Positions 41,449-53,270 of a DNA stretch of 64,000 nucleotides are shown in pieces. Under the pieces are notes generated by a model. That model ran no database searches. It saw only the letters and a list, made by a program, of their open reading frames with translations, and was not told the DNA's origin. Source of the DNA: Octopus bimaculoides (lineage: Eukaryota). The position numbers and the translations under genes were made by a program. Numbering within the stretch: the stretch's first letter is position 1; each line of letters opens with the position of its first letter. The stretch covers positions 16,759,795 to 16,823,794 of the forward strand of contig NC_068992.1 in assembly GCF_001194135.2 (NCBI RefSeq), written 5' to 3'.

Positions 41449-41781
41449 GTTCGATCTTTCTGTCCACCATTGATTATTTATTGACATACTTTTCCACTCC
41501 ATATATATTATTTGTTGAAATAACTTCCCGACATTTCTTCATTCCCATTTCCATACATATCTCATCTCACCACCGTTCTCTGCTTCTCATATTTGGATTA
41601 CAAAAATATATCAGTTTTATCTTTTTGAAGATTCAAAATATCCGCCTTCTCAAAAAAAAAAAAAAGAAAAAAAAAACGAAAAAGAGAAAATTATCTAAAG
41701 AAGCTTAAATCAAAATTCAATTTGGGTTATACAAAAACTAAATGAGTAAATGAAAACGCTTATAAAATCAAATATATTTAC

Positions 41782-41949
41782 TTGGAAGTTTTTGGTAAAA
41801 ATTAATTGACGATGAACTGTGGCAGAGCCCGACAATGAGAACAATAACCATCAACAAGGCAATTCCACCTACTATTAAACCAGTCAGCAAGCCATCCTTT
41901 TCGCTGGATGCGGATACGGCCTTCTCCGTTACGTTTGTTGATATAAGGA
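41782..41949 (-). CDS. Transmembrane exon (VLISTNVTEKAVSASSEKDG-LLTGLIVGGIALLMVIVLIVGLC-HSSSSINFYQKLP)
   Basis: Acceptor tttcctttattttgcag|TC and donor CCAA|gtaaat. 168 nt, phase 1 to 1. Encodes a 23-residue hydrophobic stretch preceded by an N-V-T sequon. Lies inside track ORF 41768..42031(-). Confidence 0.88.
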
Positions 41950-42029
41950 CTGCAAAATAAAGGAAAGGACATCTTGAATACAAAAAGAAGACATATATTA
42001 ATGCTTTCGAATTTTGGCACATGTCCCGC

Positions 42030-42220
42030 AATTATGGGGGAGGGGCTATGTCGATTTAATTGACCCCAGTGTCCAACTAGTACTTATTTCATCGACTCGG
42101 AAAAGTCGAAAGGCAAAGTCAACCTTAGGGGTGTTTGAACTCAGAAAGTAGAGGCGGCTGAAATACCGCTACGCATTTTGTTCGGCATTCTCATGATTTT
42201 TCCAGCTCATTGCCTTAAGA
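42030..42220 (-). mobile_element. Family M SINE
   Basis: gaaaggcaaagtcaacctt...tttgaactcaga...taccgctacgcattttg; about 80 bp from the TM exon acceptor. Confidence 0.75.
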
Positions 42221-42738
42221 AGACATAATAATGTCATGAGTATATAATGTAGTAAGTGTTGTGATGCTGGTACAACACAGGAAATATTTTGGTTCACTCA
42301 GGAAATTTCCACAATAAGGCCCAGTCCGTATTGAATTGTGGTGTCATGTGTGTCTCAATGAATCCTTGAGCCATGCCCACGGAAGGTAAGCTTCTGCAAA
42401 GGCCTCCTGTGCTGGACAGGTCAATGGATAGGTGATAGACTATTATGAACCACTTCTGCCAAGAAATATAGATGGGTTTGCATAAGTCTGGATACCCATA
42501 CCTAGAAAAGCAAAGTTACTGAAGCATTTCATATGTTAATTGAAGAACTTGAAACATTCAGTTAACACATGAAAAATAGTCAGAAACTCGGGAATTTTGT
42601 AAGACAGAACTTGTCAACTTTATCTTTGGTTCTTTTGAGGCTTAAAATAATGTACCAGTCAAATCTTAGCTTCTAGGAATTGACCAACCTCTTCCCTTAA
42701 AATAGCTGGCCTTGCGCCAAAATTAGAAAAAATATATA

Positions 42739-43190
42739 CAGTAATCACTCGCCATTTCGCGGTTCACCTATCGCGCTCTCAGTACGTCACGGATTTTTCT
42801 GGCTAATATATGTAACTTTATATCGCGGACTCCTCTGCGACCGATAGGTATTTATATTTTATTAGATTTTAATCATTTCTGTCGTAAAATTTAATTAATA
42901 AATAAGAACCACAGTAGAGTGCTGCACTGTATAACACATTAATTAAAATATATTAAAACGAAGTAAGTAGTGTACCGTAGATGAGTAAACATAGATTGGC
43001 ATACACTGCATGGAAAATGCAACAGGGGAGGCGAGTGTGTAGTGTTGTTTTGCATTTATAATAAAATAAATATATACAAATTATAAAATAACTTTATAAA
43101 TATATACATTAATATTTCTGCTTTGCGGATTTTCACTTATCGCGGGGTTTTTTGGAACGTAAAACCCGCGTTAGAGGAGGGGTTGCTGCA
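42739..43190. mobile_element. Tigger-like non-autonomous element (MITE)
   Basis: Begins ta|cagtaatcactcgccatttcgcgg and ends cgcgttagaggaggggttgctgca|ta (degenerate TIRs, TA flanks). Subterminal ttatcgcgg motifs at both ends. Confidence 0.6.
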
Positions 43191-43194
43191 TATT

Positions 43195-43735
43195 TTAGGG
43201 CGGCGATCTAGGAGAACGGTTAGCACGCCGGTCAAGATGTTTTACAGGATTTCATGTATTTAATGTTCTGTGTTCAAATTTCACCGAAGTTTATTTTGTC
43301 TCTCATTCTTTCCGAATCGATGATATAAGTACCAACCAAGTACTGCAGTCGATGTACAGGACTTCTTCCTCTGCTCAAAAATTCTCGCTTTGTGCTAAAA
43401 TTTGAAACCATTGGAGTTGAAATTCCGCCAAGGTCGACTTTGCCTTTCACCATTCGGGGTCGATAAAAATGTACCATTTGAGTACTGCCCCGTCCCTCCC
43501 CCAAATTTCAGGCGTTGTGTCTTTAGTTGAACGGATTATTATAAGCAGGTGAACTGTTAGGATGCAGGACGAAATGCTTAGTGACATTTCGGTTGTCTTT
43601 ACTTTCTGAGTTCAAATTCCGCGAAGGTCGACTTTGCATTTCTTACTTTCGGAGTCGATGAAATAACTACCAGTTGAGTACTTGGATCGATGTAAACGCG
43701 CAACCCCCTTTCACATAATTTCAGACCATTAGACA
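43195..43735 (+). mobile_element. Cluster of three family M SINE copies (one 5'-truncated)
   Basis: The ttcaaatt(t/c)c...gtcgactttgc/gtaccag module recurs at about 43270, 43420 and 43610. Confidence 0.8.
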
Positions 43736-44539
43736 GGATTATTTCTCCACAACTTTTCATGCTTGTATAAAATAAATATCGAATTATTTATAAATGAAAT
43801 TAATTTTTGTATCATTTTAGGAAAATTTAGCTGGTATTTCTAGCAGGTTGTATGCCGGCATAGAGGTTCACTTATAGCATCGTACTCTACATAGAATAAA
43901 TAAAGTCATAAATAAGTCATATCATAATCTCATGGCTACCGTTCTAGCTTTCTATTAAAATGCAAGAACAATTGTTTCGTTTAATCCATCGCTTGATTTT
44001 ACTATTAATATATATATATATTTTACTATCTCACTATTTCTCACATTACAATTAAGTCAATTCTGAAACAAATTCAATTATGTATATTCTTATGCTGGTT
44101 TTCTTTTCTTAATCCGCATAGGATTTATAATCACAGATAATCTAACTTTTTTTTCCGCTTAATATAATTCAACAAATGAGCTTATATCCAATTATGATAT
44201 TTTATGTAATTTTCACTTTTGTTTCTGAAGACAAAACGAAGCTACAACAAAAGTAACCAATGTTTGTTTAACAATTTTCATTTGAACTGCACGCTTTGTT
44301 CCCGGCTATAGAATGGATTAAGCGGATTCAGTAAAAACAAATATACATGTGTGAGAGTGTATATGTGCATGTATGTATATATAAACACTCACACACACAC
44401 GTACATGCGCATGGGAAACTGTGTATGTATATATGTGCGTACGTGTATGTGTATATATATATTTCTGGCCTTCTATCTATTGTAGAAAATATTATTATTA
44501 TCATTATTATTTTATTTTTAAGGTACTAAGCAGAAAATA

Positions 44540-44930
44540 TCATAGCTGTGGTGCACAAAATCCTTAGCGTAACTTATTCAGGTTTTTCATGTTCTTAGTT
44601 CAAATCCTGCCGAGATTCACTTTGCATTTCTGGGTCGAGAAAACTAAATACCAGTCAGATACTGCGACCGATATATTCGATTATACCCACTTCTCCAAAA
44701 TTTAAGGCATTGAGTTTTCTGGAGAAGGTGCCAAACTGGCAGAATCGTTACCACCTTGAACAAAATTCTTAGCGACATCCCTTTGCATTCTGAGTTCAAA
44801 TTTCAGCAAGCTTGATTTTGCCGCTCATTTCTTGGGGTTTCATGAAATAAGTACCAGTACAGGTGACGATGTAATCGACTAGTCACCTACCACAGAATTT
44901 TAGGCTTTTTTACTATTGTAGAAAGAATTA
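44540..44930 (+). mobile_element. Two degenerate tandem family M SINEs
   Basis: ttcaaatcctgccgagattcactttgc at about 44600 and ctggcagaatcgtta...gagttcaaatttcagc at about 44735-44810. Confidence 0.7.
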
Positions 44931-45452
44931 CCATTATTGTTGTTGCTGCTGTGTGAAGAATTGTCGCTTCATAGTTGGGGATATTCTGATCACGATGGTA
45001 AGGGCGTGAGTTCGATTCCCGATGACAACTTATGTCTTTGAGCAAGACACTTTATTTCACGTTGCTCCATCTGTGTGCCTCCAGTAGAAATCATTATTAT
45101 TACGCTCTTCTAGGTGACATAGAATAAACATTGAATTATATACGAAAGGAATTTAAGTTCAAGATTATTCATCTTCTTCCAGACGATATAATTGAATATG
45201 TGTGTATAGAACAAATATAATCAATTGAAATTTCTGAGGGCAATTATGATCCGATGATAGGAATATGTAATAAACGAAATTGAATGTCAGATTACATAAA
45301 ATGATAAATAAGTTTTTCTCATTCCCTTGTTACATTGTTGTACACGTGCGTCAAATATACGATTTTCGCATTGACGCAAAACTGTGAATGCGATGATATT
45401 TCCAATAGAATATCCTGAATTAACAGAATTGCCTACTGAATCTATATGTATT

Positions 45453-45833
45453 GGGCGTTGACATGGCAATGTGGTAAGACGCTTGCTTCTCAGCCACATG
45501 GTTCCGGGTTCAGTCGTACTGCGTAACAACGTTGGCAGGTGTCTTCTACTATAGGATCGGGATGACCGAGGTCTTGTGAGTGGATTTGGTAGACGGCAAC
45601 TGAAAGAAGGTCATCGTATATGCGCGCGTCTGTGTTTGTCTCACTACCACTGTTTGACAACCAGTGTTGGTGTGTTTACGTCCCCGTAGCTTAGCATTGT
45701 TCGGTAAAAGATAACCATAGAATAAGCACTCGGTCTTTAAACAAGAAATGAGGTGAATTCATTCGACTAAAAGATTCTTCAGGGTGGTGCACCATGGTGG
45801 CCGCAGTCTAATGCCCGAAACAAGTAAAAGATG
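45453..45833 (+). mobile_element. Family C SINE
   Basis: atggcaatgtggtaagacgcttgcttctcagccacatggttccgggttcagtc...ggcaggtgtcttctactatagg...caagtaaaagat. Confidence 0.82.
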
Positions 45834-46099
45834 ATATCATAGAAGGGTTCATTGAGAAGTTTAGGCCCTCTATTTTAGCCTCTGTATCGAATCCAATACT
45901 CTTGAGAGTTTCTAACATACATACAATTCTAATGATGATGAGGGGTGTTAGTCGATTAAACCAACACCAGTACTTTACTCTATGAACCAGGAGAGTTTAA
46001 AAACACTGATGCTTCCGGTGAGATTTACACAGTGATTGTAAAGACCTAGAAGAATTACTAAAGGGCATTTTTAACGGACTCTCTATCAATTCTGCCAAT

Positions 46100-46290
46100 C
46101 GATTGAAGGCTGTCGATGTCTTGCAAACACTTCACACATGGAAGTGCTACCAGTCGAGAACTCCGCATCCCGGAAGCCAGCAAGTGTATGGGGTCATCAG
46201 GAGAGAAGGCGCGCTGTTTCAGGGCCTACCTCTCGACGGCATCAATGAGCACCGGCCCACCTCACTGATATGAGGCCCCGGTTGCTAGAT
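46100..46290 (-). mobile_element. Degenerate LINE (CR1/L2/Jockey-type) post-RT fragment
   Basis: GC-rich island; minus translation VLIDAVER*ALKQRAF...SGMRSSRLVAL resembles the LD-x-x-ER-x-A...RR-x-VA-x-L motif. Weak. Confidence 0.4.
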
Positions 46291-47559
46291 CAACTGGTTA
46301 TTAAAAACAAAGCTCAATATTTCTCTAGCCATCGCTCATTGTCACTTTTTAACCAAATCCAAAACACAATGTTATACGAGACGTATGATCATCGAATAGA
46401 CTATCATTTGACTGATGCTCCATCTCACTGCTTTCTAAGATCAAAACCTTGTCGAGGTCAACTTTTGTTAGCGGAGTTCAGTCTTGTACTGGGTTCGAAC
46501 TTTCGCTTTCTCACAGCATATATTCGCGGAGATCAATCCTGCACGTGGTCACCATTAGATTCCAACTGTCCACCACACACCACACATAATATGTCATGAA
46601 TTCTCGCAATCCTCATCAGGTGTTATATTGGTTACGAAAATTTACTATATTTTCTATAATACAATTATTGCTATCTAAGATTTCAGTATCTATAACTTGA
46701 GTAAAACGACATTACACTTTGTCATTCCCGGAAAGATAAAATATTTCACGATAACTACATGTAATTTACCCATCCAAACAAAATAATATTTCTTATTATC
46801 TGACGTTACAAGATGAGAATCGTACAGAAGAAGAAAGAGTTCTCACCGAGATGAGATTGTTGTTCGATTCGTATTTAAAGTTGTATGGCTACACGTATAT
46901 CCTCCTAACAAGATGAAAGGTATGAGTGAAACATCAAAGAACTACTTCTCGGTTCTTCTCTAAACGTACGGTTTTGTAGCTAAGTATGAAATCAATAATA
47001 TAATAGAGTCAACCTACCAAACTAGAAGGAATTTCTAACATGCAAAAGCATATTAATTGATTTTCAGTAGGTTCAAAGACATGCAAATTTAAAGGAGATT
47101 TGAATTCAATTAAATTCTATCTTATCGACCACAAACTTTGGGGAGGAAAATCTATATCATTCCTATTTGATCTTGAAACATAAAGAGATATTAAAACTTA
47201 GTAACTTTTTTCTCTATCACTTGCTTTACCGATTCTACTATTCCCCGCCCAGATGTTTTGTAACAAAAATGGATATTACTTAAGAAATTAGTAACGTACA
47301 TTGGACTCCCTCTTCCGATATTCAGCGCATAATACTAACTTGATCCCTTGTTAGCTATATCTCTACACGCTCTTTACTCACTGCTGCTAAGCTTGGTAAC
47401 TATATCCACGAAATTTCTCACTCATTATTTACGTTGCTTATTTTATACTAAAAAATTCATATTTTTCAATGCTACATATTTCTTCTAAGAAACATGAATT
47501 AATTCATGACAGCTGGAGTAACAGGAAATCAACGCCATTTATTTAAGAGATATAATTGA

Positions 47560-47635
47560 ATACAATAAACTTCCTCTAATCGGATACTACCAGGACAGAG
47601 AGTTAACTGAATTGCCGGTTAACTGAATTTTCTAG
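47560..47635. mobile_element. Tc1/Tigger-like terminal fragment
   Basis: tacaataaacttcctctaatcggatac resembles a TA|CAGTAAA..CCTCT..ATCCGG terminus. Confidence 0.35.
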
Positions 47636-48712
47636 ATACCTCACCCAGAATATAGTAGAAATGAGAGAAATAAGGAAGAAATAAAAGCATAATTCGAGTA
47701 ACAAATCCGGTGTATTAACGTAATAAAAATATAGGTATTCTAAGTAGAGTAAAATAAAACACTTTACTGTTCTTTGAGAACAAAAGATTTACTTTAGATA
47801 CAGCGAAAACGTTCTTTTCATGACAATCACTTAACGGAAATTAACAAAGTTCTCGTGGCTCTCATTAACGGACACGTTCCTTCCTTTTCGTTTCTGGGTG
47901 TCGTTTATTTAACAGTTTTGTTTATTTCAATACCGTGTATAAGACGATGTTATTGTACTGCAATAAATTTTCCCCACTGTTTTCTTAGTTCTTCCATATC
48001 ACACCACAAACTACTTGGAAGAACATTGCCTTAAGTAATATCATTGCCACAATAATTCATTTGACAAACAAGTCTATTATCTGACTTCATTGTTTGAATT
48101 TTCACGGAATAATTTCATATTTATCAACCGTATTGATCTTCCGGATATCACCTTCATTATATTTTATCTCATATGATACAATGACTAGTAGATATCCATT
48201 TCTGTAACATTGAGCAACCTATTTTCTGAATAATGGCTTTCAAATGTTTGAAGGCATATTATTTTCATAGCTATACTATAAGGAAAATGGCGCGTCGTGC
48301 AATAGATGCACAGTTTCTTAAACTATTATTAGATTGAACTGAAGTAAATTAGATTTACATAGAATCCTAAATGCATGGTTGTCTTGGTGTAGAAGGATTT
48401 AATCCTGAGTCAGAGTTCTTAGTATAAAGTGATCTAGTTCGAAAATATAAATATTAAGTATAGAACTACACCCAAACTGTTATTACTTAACTCTCTAAAG
48501 AACATCACATAAATTGGTAAATATATNNNNNNNNNNNNNNNNNNNNNNNNNNNNNNNNNNNNNNNNNNNNNNNNNNNNNNNNNNNNNNNNNNNNNNNNNN
48601 NNNNNNNNNNNNNNNNNNNNNNNNNNNNNNNNNNNNNNNNNNNNNNNNNNNNNNNNNNNNNNNNNNNNNNNNNNNNNNNNNNNNNNNNNNNNNNNNNNNN
48701 NNNNNNNNNNNN

Positions 48713-48748
<36 letters not shown>

Positions 48749-49505
48749 AGAAGCTCATTGTTTTTACTATATCATTTACGCTGGTTTAGAACCTATTGTA
48801 GTAGCTAGCAGGCATAGATATTTTGTTAGCCCTTTAAACCTTGGCCGTGAAAATCATCGAGGATGCAATGGCTTAGGGGGACACGATTACGCCAGTACTA
48901 GGCTGATACTCATTTCAGCTGAGTGTACTAAAGCAACATGAAATTACTTTCTTAAGAGCACAACATGCTGACTCATCTACTAATCGAAACTACACCCTCA
49001 TGATCGCGAGCCAAGATTTCTAACTGTTTGGCCACAAGCCTTTCCAGTTAAATGCAGAATGATAATATTCTGACGTCGTCGTTAAAATGATAGAACTTGA
49101 TGTTGGTTTAAGCATGATTTTAAATCAGAAAGCTAAGGGACGCAACTAATTACAGCTATAATGCTTTTTCGGAGAGATAACATCGATATAGTTTAACGTT
49201 GAAATATCACAAATTCCGGAGTAAGAAATCAATTCCTATAATTCAATGAAACTTACATTTTGAGTCACGAAAGAATATAACAGATTGTTGATATCCGTTA
49301 CGTTATAGTCAGACTCACAACCAAAAGAGACATAACACAGTATGACATTTAATCTAAAACTTTATTGATTCTGTTCTCGGCAATATACTAATATCAGCGC
49401 ACCTTCGTTTTCCTTCTATTTAGACTGAAAGTAGTGGTATATTTCGAGATTAATAATTGAATATTACTAAATCTATCATAAATATAAAAGAATCTTTCTA
49501 CGTAC

Positions 49506-49578
49506 CTTGGCGAGTGAAGTTAACAGCAGCTTTACCACATCCATTGATACAGGCACACCGGTGTCTCAGCTCGGCATA
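49506..49578 (-). CDS. Ectodomain exon (YAELRHRCACINGCGKAAVNFTRQ)
   Basis: Acceptor cttacttacaatatttag|TAT and donor CAAG|gtacgt. 73 nt; only the phase 0 to 1 frame is open. Contains CACINGC and an N-F-T sequon. Phase-compatible with both neighbouring exons. Confidence 0.82.
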
Positions 49579-49944
49579 CTAAATATTGTAAGTAAGATTC
49601 AAATGAAAATAATACATTAGAAACTATACTCACGAAATCACATATTTTATGAATTGTTCAAGATGAAAACGATTGTGCTGACTTTAGGAATGCTTTTATA
49701 GCATATACCAAGTGTTTTACACAATGAGAAATGGTAATAACAGTGAATGGAAATTACGAATGTTCTTAGAATTAACACTTTATGGACCGTTATAGTTGTC
49801 CTTTGATAGCAATAAACCGGGCAATTGCTATTTCTTCTTACAATAAAGTGAAATAAATAACGTCTATGTATTTGCTTTTCAAGATTCGTGATGTAAAGTC
49901 TCGTGCTGATACAATTATTCTTTTTTCTTCTTTTATCTTCTCTT

Positions 49945-50330
49945 CTCTAAGCACAAGGCCCGAGATTTTAGTGGAGGGCGCCATTCGATTAGATGGACCC
50001 CGGTATGCGACTGATACTTAACTTATCGACCCCGAAAGAATGAAAGGAAAAGTCGACTTCGGCGAAATTTGAACTCAGAACGTAAAGACGGACGAAATAC
50101 CTATTTCGTTATTGCCCACAAGGGGCTAAACATAGAGGGAACAAACAAGAACAGACGAACGGATTAAGTCGATTACATCGACTCCAGTGCGTAACTGGTA
50201 CTTAATTTATCGACCCCGAAAGGATGAAAGGCAAAGTCGACCTCGGCGGAATTTGAACTCATAACGTAACGGCAGACGAAATACCGCTAAGCATTTCGCC
50301 CGGCGTGCTAACGATTCTGCCAGCTCGTCT
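49945..50330 (-). mobile_element. Family M SINE dimer (complete long-tailed copy plus 5'-truncated copy)
   Basis: The body ttatcgaccccgaaag...aaagtcgac...gaatttgaactca...gacgaaatac occurs twice (50023-50100 and 50208-50285). Confidence 0.88.
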
Positions 50331-51334
50331 GAAACGGATACTGTTATATTGGTCATTTTACTTCCTTGCCAAATAAACACACGCACTATATATTCGTTCT
50401 CCACTTGTATATTACACCGACTGGAAATCTTTCGTCACACAATTGTGACCTCTTCAACAATCCTCCGTCCCACGTGGCTGCTTCTGTTCTGTTTAGACCA
50501 TTCTGTCTTTCTCTGGTGTCTATCCATAATATTTAATTTTATGATATGTATAAGATTTGCGCGCGCGCACGTGTGTGTACATATACGCACACGAAATATA
50601 GTTTGCAGTCTATTGAGCTGAATATATTGAATATTTCCCGCGGATCAACGGGGTGTCAAAACCCAATGTGAAATATGAATGACAGAATTTGAAAACGGTC
50701 AGCATTCAACAACAATAATTACAGCCACTCTTGCAAAATCATATCACAACAAATTGTATTAACATAATAGTAATAATGATGGTTCCAAATTATCGTACAG
50801 GATCAGTAATTTTAGGGTGTTGGTGTTATTTGGAAAATTATATATTCTATTATTTAAGTTCGCACGTTTGCGAAATAAAAACAAAACATTGAAGTTAAAA
50901 CCATTTTCATAATATATATTTGAAAAGATTAATACAGGTGAGCGATTAGTTATCATAAGTCGTGTTCAAGGTCTTCATGGTTTTTTACGCAAACAAAATC
51001 GTCTTATATATATATATATGAAGAACATTAATACTCATGAGAGATATTAATGTTAGTGGCCGCAAGCTAAAACCGTAAAGACAATATATATATATATATA
51101 TATATATAAAAGAATTACATATGTCTATTATATATATATATGTGCGTGTATGTGTATGCGTGAGTGCGTGTTGTTTTTCATGCATGTAGTATTTATGTAT
51201 GCATGAATGATATAATAAGTTTGTGTGTGAGTGTTTGTGCTTATGCGAGTGCCTATCTGCAGAAGGAAGAACTGAACAAGTCTTTAGAGTAGGACTCGTC
51301 AGGTGCAAGTGCTTCTAATCTTAAATCCTCTAAG

Positions 51335-51640
51335 GGATCCAAGTCATGACTTCTAGATACTCCTCTACTGCCGCAGAATTTGACCACTGTAAGTGCTACT
51401 GTCTGAACATGGATGTGTATTGTATTCCCGAGCCAAGATACCTAGAGTTCTGTAACCGCTTCCGTTAATGACGCCAGTTAACTCTAGTGTAAATTATGTC
51501 TTCATCATTAACAATATCCATTTCGAACACTTGTCATCTGCTTCTGCATTGCCTAAGATTCAAGAAATCGAGAGCCGCTTTATGAGATCAGGGGCAAATT
51601 TGCCCACTAAACGTCTTGCATTCTATTACATCCGTGAGAA
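51335..51640 (+). mobile_element. Degenerate RTE-type LINE APE endonuclease fragment
   Basis: Translations AAEFDHCKCYCLNMDVYCIPEPRY (cf. L-x-I-D-I-x-x-I-Q-E-x-R) and SALPKIQEIESRFMRSGANLPTKRLAFYY (cf. IEKIQPRMMVATFNGNP). Confidence 0.55.
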
Positions 51641-52384
51641 AAGAGAGTTGGTAACGCCAAATTTTGTGGGGTGTCGCTCTTAAAATAAAACACATCTGAT
51701 TATTTCTAAGCAGCAATATATATTCACAAAAGCTGCTCAAATTGACTACGTTTAACATTCTCTATGAAGATTGAATTTCTAACTTTACTTCGTTCTTTCA
51801 AAAACAATAAAGTGAAAATCTATTGCGACATACAATAGATTTTGACACGTTAATAGATTATTCTCCTTAATTCTAATTCATACAGGCGTTTTAGAAGAAG
51901 GATTTAGAAACACCTTTACTTAAAATTACTTTTTAGAAATCCATAGGCACCAGAAATTCTAAAGTAAGAGATAATTTGAAGAAGAAAATAATTTATTGAA
52001 CTGTAAAATGCGTTTCCATAAATTAAAAAGTTTTCGTTTTCTCACATCTGAAATAAAGAAAGGATGCTTGATTGAGAAGCTTCCCTAATGTTATTATAAT
52101 AAAATTAATTTTACCATACGGCTTCAATAAAATGCTTTTAGATAACATTTACTGTTTTGAGATAAATTAAAAAAAGGTGCAACTATGAGCTGATATTTTT
52201 CGTATAGTTTTAGCTGTTGATTCCGTAAAATATGTGCCGTGTTGCTTGTGTTATACTACTGAGAAAGAATCTACAGTTCGGGAATTGTGTGGATTGTTAA
52301 TAGTATGTGAGGTGTGATAGAGAACCTTAATAGTTTTATACTAGTATGTATGATTATACTTTGTGTTTTATAACGCTATTTAAT

Positions 52385-52525
52385 TCTGGTACAAGGCCAA
52401 CATTTTCGGAAAAAAAGGTAACTCGATTACATCAACCCCAGGTCTCAGCTGGTACTTATTTCCTCGACACCCCCAAAGGATGAAAGGCAAAGTCGGCCTC
52501 AGCAGAATTTGAACTCAGAACGCAA
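52385..52525 (-). mobile_element. Family M SINE (3' part)
   Basis: ggatgaaaggcaaagtcggcctcagcagaatttgaactcagaacg. Confidence 0.8.
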
Positions 52526-52692
52526 GTGAATATTTTCTACTAACCTCTTCAAATAACATTCCCAGTAGAAGGAGAGAAACAAGTAAGAGATGAAACATAT
52601 TAAATTTAATGTGATCATTGCAAATCCAATGGACTACGTATGTGTAAGTTGTCATTAACGAAAACGAATTAGTTACATGGTTTCATACTTAC

Positions 52693-52801
52693 AATATCTT
52701 TCTTCAGCTCATCTGTCAATATTTGAAATAATCCATCGTCCGGGTCCTTTCGGTCAGCATCGCAAACCAAAGCAACATGAACCCAAAGTTTTCGATGAGA
52801 C
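52693..52801 (-). CDS. Ectodomain exon (SHRKLWVHVALVCDADRKDPDDGLFQILTDELKKDI)
   Basis: Acceptor gtctttattatttacag|G and donor ATT|gtaagt. 109 nt; only the phase 2 to 0 frame is open. Joins in frame to 49578. The V-x-L-x-C-D ... L-x-H-x-C-A-C pattern across the junction resembles the MRH/ATG27 domain C-terminus. Confidence 0.82.
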
Positions 52802-52830
52802 CTGTAAATAATAAAGACAAAAATAGTAGG

Positions 52831-52883
<53 letters not shown>

Positions 52884-53134
52884 GCTTGTTAGCATTTTCA
52901 AATTTATAATCGGGAATATCATGCTGAAGAAGGAAATGAATTTTTTACTATTCTAATCGCGTAACGCGTATATGATTAACTAAGGCTGGTTGGTTTCGTT
53001 ATTTTTTCTTCTTTTTGCCTATGTAAGTTACGAGTATTACTATCTGTGGAGATATATTGTAGTAGAAGAAGTAGTAGTTTGACTGCTATTTCTAAATTTC
53101 GGTATGTGGTGAAGCAACTTTTGCTGATCCCTTA

Positions 53135-53270
53135 ATTATGAGTTCAAACTCCGCCGACATCGACTTTGCCTTTCATCGTTTTGGGCTCGATAAATTAAGT
53201 ACCAGTTGCGTCCTGAGGTCGATCTAATCAACTGCCCCTCTCCCCATTGTGCGTAGATTAGAAAAGAATG
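53135..53270 (+). mobile_element. Family M SINE (3' part)
   Basis: gagttcaaactccgccgacatcgactttgcctttcatcgttttgggctcgataaattaagtaccag. Confidence 0.8.

Noticed and set aside
41950-42031. ATG-initiated start of track ORF 41768..42031
   Set aside because: This part is intronic (polypyrimidine tract and SINE edge); only 41782-41949 is exonic.
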